Assembly: GCA_963765495.1 (NCBI GenBank)
Contig: CAVXWP010000007.1
Coordinates: forward strand, 576,001 to 640,000
Direction: 5' to 3'
DNA from: Blastocatellia bacterium
GTDB taxonomy: Bacteria; Acidobacteriota; Blastocatellia; UBA7656
DNA length: 64,000 bases
How positions within the stretch are numbered: position 1 is the first letter of the stretch; the number at the start of each line of letters is the position of its first letter. Below, piece by piece: positions 43,340 through 52,857 of this stretch. A model generated the notes under the pieces. The model saw nothing but the letters and a program-made list of their open reading frames with translations. It ran no database searches and was not told where the DNA came from. Made by a program: the position numbers and the translations under genes.

Positions 43340-44254
43340 ATGAGCGATAAATCGGGTCTGGCCTCTTCGGCCAGGACCAATAATCCGTCAATGATTGATG
43401 TATCGGAACTGGCCGCATCTGTTGGCGAAGCGCGACGCGAACTTCTCAACGAGGTCAAGCAGAGGCGCGATGTAATCAAGCCGCTTGAGCAGGCGTTGCG
43501 CGCGCTTAAAGACCCGCATGGAAACGCCGTTGCGCTTTATGAAGCGAGCGTGCTGCTCGAAAAACCGCCCGAAGAATTGACTCTGCCGGAAGGGTACACC
43601 CGGTTTGTGGCCGAGTTGCGCTCGCTCGCGGATGCCCAACTCTCCGAGCTTGAGTTTACATTTGCCCGCGACCTGCGCGCTGCCTTCAAGGAAAAGGGTG
43701 TTAAGCTTGAAGGTCCACCTTCGGAATTGATCAGCGATCTCTTTGTTATCAAACCTGATTTACGCAAGAAACAGGTGCAAATGACATTTTCACGCCAGCC
43801 CGTCACCGGCAAGAAAATCAAGCTCGATGTGGATCAGGTAGTATCTGCTTACGAGCGAGCGCGGCGAGAAATCTGTGAGCGCAAGGTTGATCCTGACAAA
43901 CTCCTGGCGGAGATTTTCGAAGCCTACGAGCGCACCCTCAAACTCACAGGGAAACAGATGGGCGCGCGCGCAAGCATAGTCGATTGTTATCGTGAACTCG
44001 TACTGGTTCGCCAGCCGCTCGGTTTTCGCAAGGCTCCGTCGAAACTCAGCTTCGTCGATTATCCCAAGACTCATTTCGCTTACGACATGCTCGAACTGCG
44101 CCGCCGACATAAGCTTACGCACCAGGGACATCGCCTTAACCTCGGCACCGCAACCATCGATGTGGGCAGCGACACCACCCGCGCCATGTTCTTAGCGACA
44201 GGCGCAACCGAGGGCCAGTTCATTAAAGATATTTACTTCACACGGGAGAAATAG
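43340..44254 (+). CDS. Hypothetical protein, first gene of putative defence cluster
   Basis: 304-aa ORF, gaggt RBS, helical N-terminus, stop overlaps GTG of next gene; no family recognised. Confidence 0.8.
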   Translation: MSDKSGLASSARTNNPSMIDVSELAASVGEARRELLNEVKQRRDVIKPLEQALRALKDPHGNAVALYEASVLLEKPPEELTLPEGYTRFVAELRSLADAQLSELEFTFARDLRAAFKEKGVKLEGPPSELISDLFVIKPDLRKKQVQMTFSRQPVTGKKIKLDVDQVVSAYERARREICERKVDPDKLLAEIFEAYERTLKLTGKQMGARASIVDCYRELVLVRQPLGFRKAPSKLSFVDYPKTHFAYDMLELRRRHKLTHQGHRLNLGTATIDVGSDTTRAMFLATGATEGQFIKDIYFTREK

Positions 44255-44256
44255 TG

Positions 44257-45540
44257 ATGACACTCACGCAGCAGGAAGCGCAGCACGTGGTGCGCAAACT
44301 GGGCGAATCCGGCATCCCGCCTACACGAGGACTCGAAGCGTATAGTGTAGGGCTGGATTCGCTGCTTGAAACGCTCGAAAGCGAATATTTATGTGGTTAC
44401 CTCAAAGACGGCGGCTCAAGTTTCAAACTTGTAGTCGGCGAATATGGCAGCGGCAAATCACATTTTCTCTATCGTCTCAGGGACAAGGCGTGGGAGAGCG
44501 GATACGTCGTCAGCCGCACCGAATTGAGTCCGAAAGAATGCCCTTATGACAATCAACTGAAAGTCTATCAAGCAATCGTAAGCAACCTGATTTCTCACAG
44601 CCGTGACCCAAACGTCGAAGATACTCAAGGTATCGAGGCTTTCCTCGAGAGCCATTTCTTTCATACTCTGAACACACTTGGAGTCGAGCAGCCCGTCACA
44701 TCGATCGGGCTGGATCTGCGCGTCAAGCTGTGGCTGGAGACGATTCTGCGATTCAAGGTCGAAAGTCCTTCATACCGTCACGCGGTCTATTTTTACTTGC
44801 AGGCCGTGGCCGAGGAGAACGAGGCCAATAAGAGGCTCATTAGCGCCTGGCTGCGTGGCGAAGCAATATCTCTTAGAGATGTGCGCGAGTTCAGCATTAC
44901 CGAAAGAATGGATCGCTCAGTCGCTTTCAAGATGCTGCGGTCGCTTTCGCAGTTGATACATGAGTTTGGTTATGTCGGGCTTGTCCTCTTATTCGACGAA
45001 GGTGATCGCATGGTCAGCATCAGTTCATCGCGCTCCGAAAAGATCGCTTGCGACAACTTGCGCGAGGTCATCGACCGGTGCGCCGGGGAGAGTCTACCCT
45101 CAACGATGTTCGTCTATGCGGTCCCTCCTTATTTCGTCAGCAATATCGCGCCCCAGTATGAAGCGCTCAGCCAGAGAATCAGTTCCAAAGTAAAATTCTC
45201 GCGCAAAAACCCTTTCAGCGTGCAGATCAGCCTCGACCAGCTAGATTATCCGGGCGAGAAACTGCTGACGTTGATAGGCGAGAAACTGCTGGGCGTTTTC
45301 GAGACTGCTTATGACGTTAAATTTGACCGCGAGATTCAGACTCAAAATATCGCCGGACTGGCCCAGTCCTGTGCCTCTCTACTTTCAACCAGCCACCGCC
45401 GCCATTTTGTGAAATCGCTGATAAATATATTGACCGAACAGCACGTCGAGGGCGAAAAGCTTTACGAAGCCGATAGCGTGCAAGGCATAGTGCGGCAGGT
45501 GACTGAACAACTGGGCCGCTCCGAAGGGGGAGAGTATTAA
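44257..45540 (+). CDS. P-loop ATPase, BrxD/DUF2791-like
   Basis: KLGESGIPP, Walker A VGEYGSGKSH, Walker B LVLLFDEGD, NLREVID, YEALSQRI. Confidence 0.82.
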   Translation: MTLTQQEAQHVVRKLGESGIPPTRGLEAYSVGLDSLLETLESEYLCGYLKDGGSSFKLVVGEYGSGKSHFLYRLRDKAWESGYVVSRTELSPKECPYDNQLKVYQAIVSNLISHSRDPNVEDTQGIEAFLESHFFHTLNTLGVEQPVTSIGLDLRVKLWLETILRFKVESPSYRHAVYFYLQAVAEENEANKRLISAWLRGEAISLRDVREFSITERMDRSVAFKMLRSLSQLIHEFGYVGLVLLFDEGDRMVSISSSRSEKIACDNLREVIDRCAGESLPSTMFVYAVPPYFVSNIAPQYEALSQRISSKVKFSRKNPFSVQISLDQLDYPGEKLLTLIGEKLLGVFETAYDVKFDREIQTQNIAGLAQSCASLLSTSHRRHFVKSLINILTEQHVEGEKLYEADSVQGIVRQVTEQLGRSEGGEY

Positions 45541-45547
45541 TTCCGTT

Positions 45548-46975
45548 ATGATCGGTTCAATTGTTAATCACCCGCTTTTTGGGCGCGGGCGGGTGCTTGA
45601 GATGCGCAATGCCGCGCGGGAGGCTGTCGTGCGCTTCGACAACCGAATCCGCGCGGTAGTACAGACAAACATGCTTTCGGTCTTAGAGCAGGCGCAGCCG
45701 CGAGCCGCCTCATATTCCCCGCGCCCGTCGCCGCCAGAGCGCGTTGAGGTTGTGCTTACACCCGAAGAGATGGATCAGCTTAAGGCTCGACGCACAATCG
45801 AGGCTCTACGCTACGGCGTTGTGCCAGGCGAACGCATACGCGAGCTTAGCGTTGGGCTTGAGAAGGAGCGAGAAAGCCTTCATCGCGCATTCGATGAAGT
45901 CGAGCGTGCTGGCGGCGACGTCCGCGTAATCATCGGCGAATACGGCGCGGGCAAGAGCCACTTCTTTGAGATGTCGGCGCAGGAAGCGCTTGAGCGAAAC
46001 TTCCTGGTAGCCAGCGCCAGCCTTGATATACGCGAGGTTCCTCCGAATCGCCCCCAGCGCATTTATAACGCGCTGATTCGTTCGCTGCGGTATCCAGACT
46101 CCGAGGAAACCGGCACGCTGGTTCCTCTCTTTGATCGCGTCCTTAGCGAGCCTGCGCTTTCCGCCTCACTTATGGAAAGGTTGCACGGCACAGCCTTTGG
46201 CACGGTGCTCTACAATTACTCTCTGATGCGCTCTTCGCCCGGCGAAGAGCTTGACCTGCTGCTCGATTGGATTTCAGGCGAGAAAGTATACATCAAGTCG
46301 GTGCGAGATTCGCTTGCGGTTAAGAGTAAAGATTTCCCCGTGCGCGCTCTATCAATGATGACCACGTCCGCCGACCAGTATTGCTATCTGCTTAACGGGT
46401 GGGGATGGCTGGCATCAAGAGTGGGATACGCCGGACTGGCCGTCTTTCTCGACGAGTCAGAACATTACAGCCTGCTTAACCAGCGCGGACAGGAGCGCGC
46501 GGACAACTTTTTTAAAGCGATGATCTACACGGCTATGGCTTCACGCCCCGATTGCCGTTTGAGCGAGAGCGACCTGACCCATCAGCAGCGCGAACATCCG
46601 TTTCGTTTCTCCGACCGAAGCGAGTTGCTCTTGATGTTTGCGGTCACGCCCGCAGCCAGCACGTTCGACTACCGCCGGTGGTTGGATGAAGATCAGCTAT
46701 TGACACTCAACGGCCATTTGCCTGCGGATGAGATAGATAAGCTGATGGCGCAAATTCATGCGCTGCATCGCCAGGCGTACTCTTATGAGCAGAATATATC
46801 GCACCTTGAGATATCTCAAAGCGTCCGGGATTGTCTGGATAGAAGACTCATCAACCTTCGCCAGACGATTCGCCTCACCACAGAAATTTATGACCTCTGC
46901 TACGCTTATCCTGATTACAGCGCATCGCAAGCAGCCGAAGATATACGCCGCAGCTTGATAGGAATTGCCTTATAG
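45548..46975 (+). CDS. P-loop ATPase, BrxD/DUF2791-like, with N-terminal Tudor/SH3-like segment
   Basis: IEALRYGVVP, Walker A IGEYGAGKSH, Walker B AVFLDESE; N-terminal VNHPLFGRGRV. Confidence 0.82.
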   Translation: MIGSIVNHPLFGRGRVLEMRNAAREAVVRFDNRIRAVVQTNMLSVLEQAQPRAASYSPRPSPPERVEVVLTPEEMDQLKARRTIEALRYGVVPGERIRELSVGLEKERESLHRAFDEVERAGGDVRVIIGEYGAGKSHFFEMSAQEALERNFLVASASLDIREVPPNRPQRIYNALIRSLRYPDSEETGTLVPLFDRVLSEPALSASLMERLHGTAFGTVLYNYSLMRSSPGEELDLLLDWISGEKVYIKSVRDSLAVKSKDFPVRALSMMTTSADQYCYLLNGWGWLASRVGYAGLAVFLDESEHYSLLNQRGQERADNFFKAMIYTAMASRPDCRLSESDLTHQQREHPFRFSDRSELLLMFAVTPAASTFDYRRWLDEDQLLTLNGHLPADEIDKLMAQIHALHRQAYSYEQNISHLEISQSVRDCLDRRLINLRQTIRLTTEIYDLCYAYPDYSASQAAEDIRRSLIGIAL

Positions 46976-47074
46976 GGTTTGAGACCCGAGACGAAAGGCC
47001 GGGGGCAGGGAGTTTAAATTCACGTCCCTGCAAGCCTGGATTATAGCTGCAACTGTCGACCTCGGATTTCGGTC

Positions 47075-47117
47075 CTGAACTCTTAAGCTGAACCCTTAAG
47101 CTGAACCCTTAAGCTGA
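47075..47117 (+). repeat. 13-bp tandem repeat (CTGAACCCTTAAG, about 3.3 copies)
   Basis: ctgaactcttaag ctgaacccttaag ctgaacccttaag ctga, ending 6 nt before the helicase ATG. Confidence 0.85.
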
Positions 47118-47123
47118 GTTTTT

Positions 47124-49217
47124 ATGCCTGATCTCAAGAACAAGCTGCCGCACACCTGGGAGGCGCTGCTGGCCCGCTTTGGCCGCTTTACCGAAATACA
47201 GGCTCTCGCGATAGAACCGCTTCTTGCGGGAAACAATTGCATCCTGATTTCAGCTACTGCGAGCGGCAAGACGGAGGCGGCGCTCGCGCCTATACTTGAG
47301 CGGCACAAACAAAACATCGACCGAAATCGCGCCTACGACTCTTGTCTTAATATCGTTTACATAGTTCCCACGCGCGCGCTCACGCGGGATCTGGCCCGGC
47401 GTCTCGAACAACCCCTTGATAGAATCGCCGTGTCTATGCGTGTAAAAACCGGCGATGAGCCTGCGCTCAATCGCCGCCGCCCTCCCGAATTGTTGCTTAC
47501 CACTCCTGAATCGCTCGATTCGTTGCTTGCAAACTCACCGCGAATGCTCAAAGACGTGAGTACAGTCATTCTTGATGAGATTCATCTATGCGACAATACC
47601 CCGCGCGGCGATCAGTTGCGCATACTCCTGAATCGCCTGCGAAGAATAAAGCGCTATGCGCTTGCGCGCGGGGACGTAGGAAATGATCGGATGCAGTTTT
47701 GCGCGCTTTCAGCCACGGTGGATGATCCTCAAAGCGTGGCGTCTCGTTATTTTGCGGATCCGATTATCGTCAAAGCCGGCGGTCGGCGCGATCTCGATGC
47801 CGAGTTGATCGCTATGGAAAGCATAGATTCACTCCGGCTGCTATTGGCTGATCTCAAGCGCCGGGCCTTTAAGAAGGTCCTCGCCTTTTGCAATCGCCGA
47901 GCGGAGTGTGAAGAACTGGCGCACGTGTTTGGCCAGGGCTCTGTGTTTGGCAATCGCGTGTTTGTGCATCACGCAAGCCTGGATGCGCGACTTCGGCGCA
48001 GGGCAGAGAAAGAGTTTGCGATATCGGATGCTGCACTATGCTTTACCACTTCGACGCTTGAGCTTGGGATAGACATAGGCGATGTTGATCTGGTTATTCT
48101 CATAGGACCCCCGGAAAACACAAGCGCATTCTTGCAGCGCATAGGCCGTGGCAATCGCCGCACATCTCGCGCGGCGGTGGTTTGCTTTTACCGCACTGCG
48201 ATGGAGCGAGCGATATTTCATGCATTCATACGCGCAGCCGAGTCGGGTGATGTTGAATCGAATCCCTACTATTTCCGCCCTTCGGTTGTAGTGCAACAAC
48301 TTTGCTCCTATGTAAAGCAGACGCATCTGGGAGAGATCGATCCTGACAGCGCCTACGAGTTGTTCGCGTCACCTCAAGGCGGTCCGCTCATCGCTAGAGA
48401 CTTATATGATCAGATCATAGATCACCTGCTTACAAAAGCCTATTTCGTCCCGGCGCGCGGAAACTCTCTCAGGCCCGGTCCAAAGTGGAAAGAGCTAAAC
48501 GAGCAACGCGCAATTTATACAAATCTAACCGATGCGAATCCCGGTTCGTTTGATATTGTAGATGAGCTTACAGGGCGTAAGTTAGGTGAGGTGGACCGGG
48601 GAGCCGTCCGTGAGGACACGTTTTTATTTGGCGGCAAGACGCGGCAGGCTATAGGGCTTAAAGGGAATAGGTTGGTAGTGCGTCCAGTGGAAGATGAAAC
48701 AGCCGCCGCCGCGCCCAGGTTTCGCACGCCCTGGCGTCCTTTGACGCACAAACTGGCCAGGGCTATTGCCGCAGAATTGGGTGTGCCTCAAGCCCCTTCC
48801 GCCTCCGAGATAGTGATGGTAGTTGGCAAGGACGATAGTCAGGTTGATGGTCGGTCCGTGACTGAGCGTGGACAAGGTGAGACAGCCTGGGTCTTCCATT
48901 GTGCGGGGGATACTTATGGAGTGGTACTTGGCGATTTATTAGAGGTTTCATACGGGGTGAAACTGAAAGAGTACAATGGGCTTTATCTGGTATTGGGGGG
49001 AAGGCTGACAGCCAACCTGGTCTCATTCAGCGTCGAGCAGGTTCGTGCACGACTCCGGCGCAGGTGGAATCAATTTGAGAGATGGTTTGACATGGGCCGC
49101 TTTCAAAGCCATCTACCGTTAGCAGTTCGCCGCGCAAGCGTAATAGAGGCTTTTAATATAGAAGAGTTCTTGCGCGTCTTCTCAGGGCGCAAAGTGGTTG
49201 AAGTCCATAGGCGATAG
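47124..49217 (+). CDS. DEAD/DEAH-box SF2 helicase, Lhr-type
   Basis: FTEIQ, ATASGKT, PTRAL, TTPESL, DEIH, SAT, HHASL, TSTLELGIDIG, QRIGRGNRR. Confidence 0.92.
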   Translation: MPDLKNKLPHTWEALLARFGRFTEIQALAIEPLLAGNNCILISATASGKTEAALAPILERHKQNIDRNRAYDSCLNIVYIVPTRALTRDLARRLEQPLDRIAVSMRVKTGDEPALNRRRPPELLLTTPESLDSLLANSPRMLKDVSTVILDEIHLCDNTPRGDQLRILLNRLRRIKRYALARGDVGNDRMQFCALSATVDDPQSVASRYFADPIIVKAGGRRDLDAELIAMESIDSLRLLLADLKRRAFKKVLAFCNRRAECEELAHVFGQGSVFGNRVFVHHASLDARLRRRAEKEFAISDAALCFTTSTLELGIDIGDVDLVILIGPPENTSAFLQRIGRGNRRTSRAAVVCFYRTAMERAIFHAFIRAAESGDVESNPYYFRPSVVVQQLCSYVKQTHLGEIDPDSAYELFASPQGGPLIARDLYDQIIDHLLTKAYFVPARGNSLRPGPKWKELNEQRAIYTNLTDANPGSFDIVDELTGRKLGEVDRGAVREDTFLFGGKTRQAIGLKGNRLVVRPVEDETAAAAPRFRTPWRPLTHKLARAIAAELGVPQAPSASEIVMVVGKDDSQVDGRSVTERGQGETAWVFHCAGDTYGVVLGDLLEVSYGVKLKEYNGLYLVLGGRLTANLVSFSVEQVRARLRRRWNQFERWFDMGRFQSHLPLAVRRASVIEAFNIEEFLRVFSGRKVVEVHRR

Positions 49218-49336
49218 ATGAACTGCTGACATTAGATCTGATAGACGCGCAAGAACTCTTTTAACGCCGCTCGGAACTCAGATTCATTTGTACCAATCTC
49301 TTGCGGAGTGATTTAGCAAACGAAAGGAAAAAATAC

Positions 49337-49726
49337 ATGAGTAATCTCAATGCGGTTCAAGATGTCTATAAGGCATTTGCTGAAGGCGACATTCCCAGAG
49401 TGCTGGGATTTTTAAGCCCCGGTATTGCCTGGACAGAAGCCGAGGGATTCCCCTACGGCGGGACGTACAACGGTCCCGAAGCCGTGCTTGAAGGTGTGTT
49501 TATGCGGTTGGGAACCGAGTGGGATGGTTTTGCCGCCGTGCCTGATGAGTTCATTGACGGTGGAGATACCATCGTCGTGTTGGGGAAATACAGCGGCACG
49601 TACAAGGCTACGGGCAAGAGCTTTCAAGCAAATTTTGCGCACGTATGGACTATACAAGAGGGGAAATCGATCAGGTTTGTGCAGTATGCGGATACGCTGT
49701 TGGTGCAAAGAGCGTTACAAGCATAA
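49337..49726 (+). CDS. NTF2/SnoaL-like protein
   Basis: YKAFAEGD, WTEAEGFPYGGTYNG, FAHVW, FVQYADT. Confidence 0.87.
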   Translation: MSNLNAVQDVYKAFAEGDIPRVLGFLSPGIAWTEAEGFPYGGTYNGPEAVLEGVFMRLGTEWDGFAAVPDEFIDGGDTIVVLGKYSGTYKATGKSFQANFAHVWTIQEGKSIRFVQYADTLLVQRALQA

Positions 49727-49743
49727 AAGCAGGCGTCACGCTT

Positions 49744-49842
49744 ATGGGAGAATGTAAGAATAGATTGCTCCGCGCGCTGACACTGACGGATGCGATCGCG
49801 ATCGTCGTTGGCACGGTGATCGGGACGGGCATCTTCCTGAAG
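49744..49842 (+). pseudogene. N-terminal remnant of an APC-family amino acid permease
   Basis: LLRALTLTDAIAIVVGTVIGTGIFLK (TM1 motif), then loss of similarity next to the GMC gene end. Confidence 0.7.
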
Positions 49843-49864
49843 GATGGGCGACGCAGCGGGCAGT

Positions 49865-51550
49865 CTACAGATTGCCGCGTTTTAGCTCCTTCACTGCGTA
49901 ATCACATGCCCGCGCCGTCAGTGCCATGTAAGTGAGCGAGGGGTTCTGACAGGCCGTAGAAACCATGCAGGAGCCATCCGTCACAAACACATTGAGCGCG
50001 TCGTGGCATTGGTTGAATCGGTTCAACACAGAAGTCTTAGGGTCATTGCCCATCCGAGCCGTTCCCATCTCGTGAATGCAGCCGCCGGGTACCGGCTCTA
50101 AAGGCAAAGGCTGAATATTCTTCAACCCGCCTACGGCAAGCATCTCTTCGGCAGATGCCTGCATGTCTTTGCGCATGGCCAGTTCGTTTTCGCCGTACTC
50201 GATATCAAGGTTGAGCGTCGGCAGTCCCCATTGATCCTTCTTGTCCCGGTTCAGCGTCACGCGATTCTTATCATCAGGCAAACACTCGCCGTAACCTACC
50301 AGCAGCATAGACCAGCTGCCGGGTCGCACCATCTCGCTCTTGAAATCCGCACCCATCCCCTGCCGGTAGAATCCCCGCTGCCAGTTCTCCCTTCCCGAAT
50401 AGGCTTCAAAGGCGAACCCGCGCAGGTAATCGGTTCGCTTCTCTGCGATATTCCTGAAACGCGGAATATACATGCCGTTCGGCTTGCGACCGCGATAATA
50501 CTTATCCTCGAAGCCGTCATAATTGCCCATCGCGCCGCCGGTCTCCTGATGATCCATGAGGTAATGACCGAGCACGCCACTCGAATTGGCAAAGCCATTC
50601 GGAAAATGCGCCGAGGTCGAGTTCAACAGAATCAAAGTCGTGTTCAGCGTTCCGGCATTCAGGAAGATGATGCGGGCGAAATACTCATACGTCTTTTTCG
50701 TTTCGGCATCAATGACGCGCACGCCGACCGCGCGTTTTTTGTCGGCGTCATAAATCAGGCTGTGCACGATTGAAAAAGGGCGTAGCGTCAGATTGCCGGT
50801 CTTTGCCGCCGCAGGCAACGTCGATGAGTTGCTACTGAAATATGCACCATAAGGACAGCCCCGCGCGCACATGTTGCGCGACTGGCAGCGGCCTCTGCCC
50901 TTGTGGGGGCGCGTCAACACCGCTACGCGAGCGACGATCATGCGGCGGTCGCTGTAGTGACTGGCGATGCGCTGCTTTACGTGACGTTCAAGACAATTCA
51001 TCTCCAGAGGCGGCAGCAGGATTTGATCGGGCAGTTGCGCGAGACCGGCATTTTCGCCGCTGACGCCGACGAACTCTTCGACGTGGTCGTACCACGGCGC
51101 GATGTCGCGGTAGCGTATGGGCCAGTCAATCGCTATGCCTTCTTTGGCATTGGCCTCAAAGTCGAGGTCGCTCAAGCGGAAACAGTGGCGCGACCACATC
51201 AGCGACTTGCCGCCGGTCTGGTAGCCGCGCATCCAGTTGAACGGCTTGATCTGATTATAAGGATGATCCGTGTCTTTAACGAAGAAATGCTTGGTGTCCT
51301 GTTTAAAGTTATAAACCTTCTTCTGGATGAAATACTCATCTTGATCCTTGAGGCTCAGTTCGTTAGCATACGGCAGATCCCATGGATCTTTATTGGCGGT
51401 CGGGTAGTCCTTGATGTGTTCGACGTGTCGACCTCGTTCGAGAACTAAAGTCTTCAGCCCTTTTTCGGTCAGTTCCTTGGCTGCCCAGCCGCCCGACATG
51501 CCTGAGCCGACAACGATAGCGTCATAGGTATGAGATTCTTTTGCCGACAT
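49865..51550 (-). CDS. GMC family oxidoreductase (flavoprotein subunit)
   Basis: VGSGMSGGWAAKEL, GGKSLMW, CxxxxxCxxxC cluster, HEMGTARMG, NPSLTYMALTARA. Confidence 0.92.
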   Translation of the reverse strand: MSAKESHTYDAIVVGSGMSGGWAAKELTEKGLKTLVLERGRHVEHIKDYPTANKDPWDLPYANELSLKDQDEYFIQKKVYNFKQDTKHFFVKDTDHPYNQIKPFNWMRGYQTGGKSLMWSRHCFRLSDLDFEANAKEGIAIDWPIRYRDIAPWYDHVEEFVGVSGENAGLAQLPDQILLPPLEMNCLERHVKQRIASHYSDRRMIVARVAVLTRPHKGRGRCQSRNMCARGCPYGAYFSSNSSTLPAAAKTGNLTLRPFSIVHSLIYDADKKRAVGVRVIDAETKKTYEYFARIIFLNAGTLNTTLILLNSTSAHFPNGFANSSGVLGHYLMDHQETGGAMGNYDGFEDKYYRGRKPNGMYIPRFRNIAEKRTDYLRGFAFEAYSGRENWQRGFYRQGMGADFKSEMVRPGSWSMLLVGYGECLPDDKNRVTLNRDKKDQWGLPTLNLDIEYGENELAMRKDMQASAEEMLAVGGLKNIQPLPLEPVPGGCIHEMGTARMGNDPKTSVLNRFNQCHDALNVFVTDGSCMVSTACQNPSLTYMALTARACDYAVKELKRGNL

Positions 51551-51575
51551 TGATAAACGCGCCTCCGACTCGTGG

Positions 51576-52160
51576 TTAAATGAATGGCATTGCGTCTGCT
51601 TTTTGCCCGGGCTGCAGTTGTGTGCAACCTTCAAAAGGGCCGGGCGACCGCACGTAGGTAGCGGCTTTCGTCGCGCCCGGCTGCGAAGAGAAAAAGCCCA
51701 TCAGCGTCAGGTTCTTCAACATCCGAATGAAGGACTGTTCTGCGGCTTCACCTCGGTCCCAGCTTTCCTTCTCTATCTGTTTGAGCAAGCTGAGTCGCTC
51801 GTCCGCCGACAGATTGAGAAAGGGTTGGCGCAACTGTTTCCGGCTAATCGCGTCGAGGTCGTCCAAACCTTTGAGAAAGAGCTCCTGCTGCGCTTTGGGA
51901 TAACAATCTTTGACATATAGATCAACGAAGACGTGTGTAAGCGCCTCTTTTGCGCCGGGCGTGTCAGTCGCGGGAATAATGACTTCGACCAGTTCCTGAA
52001 GCAACGCCGCCTGTTGTGCCGACAATAGGCGCGGCTGCCACACCCTTTCCCCCGCCTTGATCGAGGCAGCGGTTTGTAAAAAGTCGGCAACCACACCAGC
52101 GGCCAGCAAATTTCCCCCGACCAGCAACCCTAGTCCTTTGAGCGAGTCTCTTCTATTCAT
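51576..52160 (-). CDS. Gluconate 2-dehydrogenase subunit 3 family (Tat hitch-hiker subunit)
   Basis: MNRRDSLK twin-arginine, IIPATDTPGA, LTLMGFFSS, PGPFEGC. Confidence 0.87.
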   Translation of the reverse strand: MNRRDSLKGLGLLVGGNLLAAGVVADFLQTAASIKAGERVWQPRLLSAQQAALLQELVEVIIPATDTPGAKEALTHVFVDLYVKDCYPKAQQELFLKGLDDLDAISRKQLRQPFLNLSADERLSLLKQIEKESWDRGEAAEQSFIRMLKNLTLMGFFSSQPGATKAATYVRSPGPFEGCTQLQPGQKADAMPFI

Positions 52161-52269
52161 ATGAAAGCCCTCAAATCCTGTGCGCCGTTCGCGCCTCAAC
52201 TGACGAGAACATGGCAGCAAATAACTTGCTGTTCGGTTTAGAGATGGTTTCTAAACTTCCCGGATTCGC

Positions 52270-52857
52270 TCAATTCCCTCGCCGCCCGAAAAGACCTCCA
52301 GCCATTCTCAGTATGTCATCGAGCGAGGACCCGTCGTGGTTGCTGTCGAGCATACTCGTTAGAATGTCAGAAATAGGAGAATTAGAAGCGGTCTGTCTGG
52401 TTGCCCCTCCAAGCACTTCGGGCAGTGAATTCTCATCGATGTTGCCCTGTTGCCGCGATTGACCAACCGCGCCCATCACTATTGGCGCGAGCATCATCAG
52501 CAGCGAGGCCACGCGGCCAAGGTCCAGCCCGCTCGCCTGGCTCACGCCGTTTTGGGCCGTTCCCAGTTTGTCGCCAAATATGTGACCGAGAATTCCTGCG
52601 CCGGGACCAGCCTCGTAGCTTCCGAGGAACCCGCCGAGATCGTTAAGGATGCTTCCGTCGTGGTTTTTATCGAGCGCAGACAGCAGCGACGATGCCCCTT
52701 CGGGCGTCGAGCTGTTTTGCGTCAAGGCACTTAGTAACAACGGCAAGGCTGTTTGCACGGCATTAGATGTAGTCGCTTCGTCCGTGTCAAGTACCTGACT
52801 CATTTGATTGATCGTGTTGCCGTTGAGAGCTTGATTCAAGATTCCTTCGAGATTCAT
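52270..52857 (-). CDS. DUF937 domain-containing protein
   Basis: ALPLLLSAL, ALDKNHDGSIL, GILGHIFG, LMMLAPIVMG, LDSNHDG. Confidence 0.8.
   Translation of the reverse strand: MNLEGILNQALNGNTINQMSQVLDTDEATTSNAVQTALPLLLSALTQNSSTPEGASSLLSALDKNHDGSILNDLGGFLGSYEAGPGAGILGHIFGDKLGTAQNGVSQASGLDLGRVASLLMMLAPIVMGAVGQSRQQGNIDENSLPEVLGGATRQTASNSPISDILTSMLDSNHDGSSLDDILRMAGGLFGRRGN

Noticed and set aside
47075-47117. Possible CRISPR array
   Set aside because: 13-bp units without spacers and no cas genes in the window
44257-49217. Calling the cluster a canonical BREX or Shango system
   Set aside because: No pglX, pglZ, brxC or recognisable TerB-domain gene, and there are two ATPases
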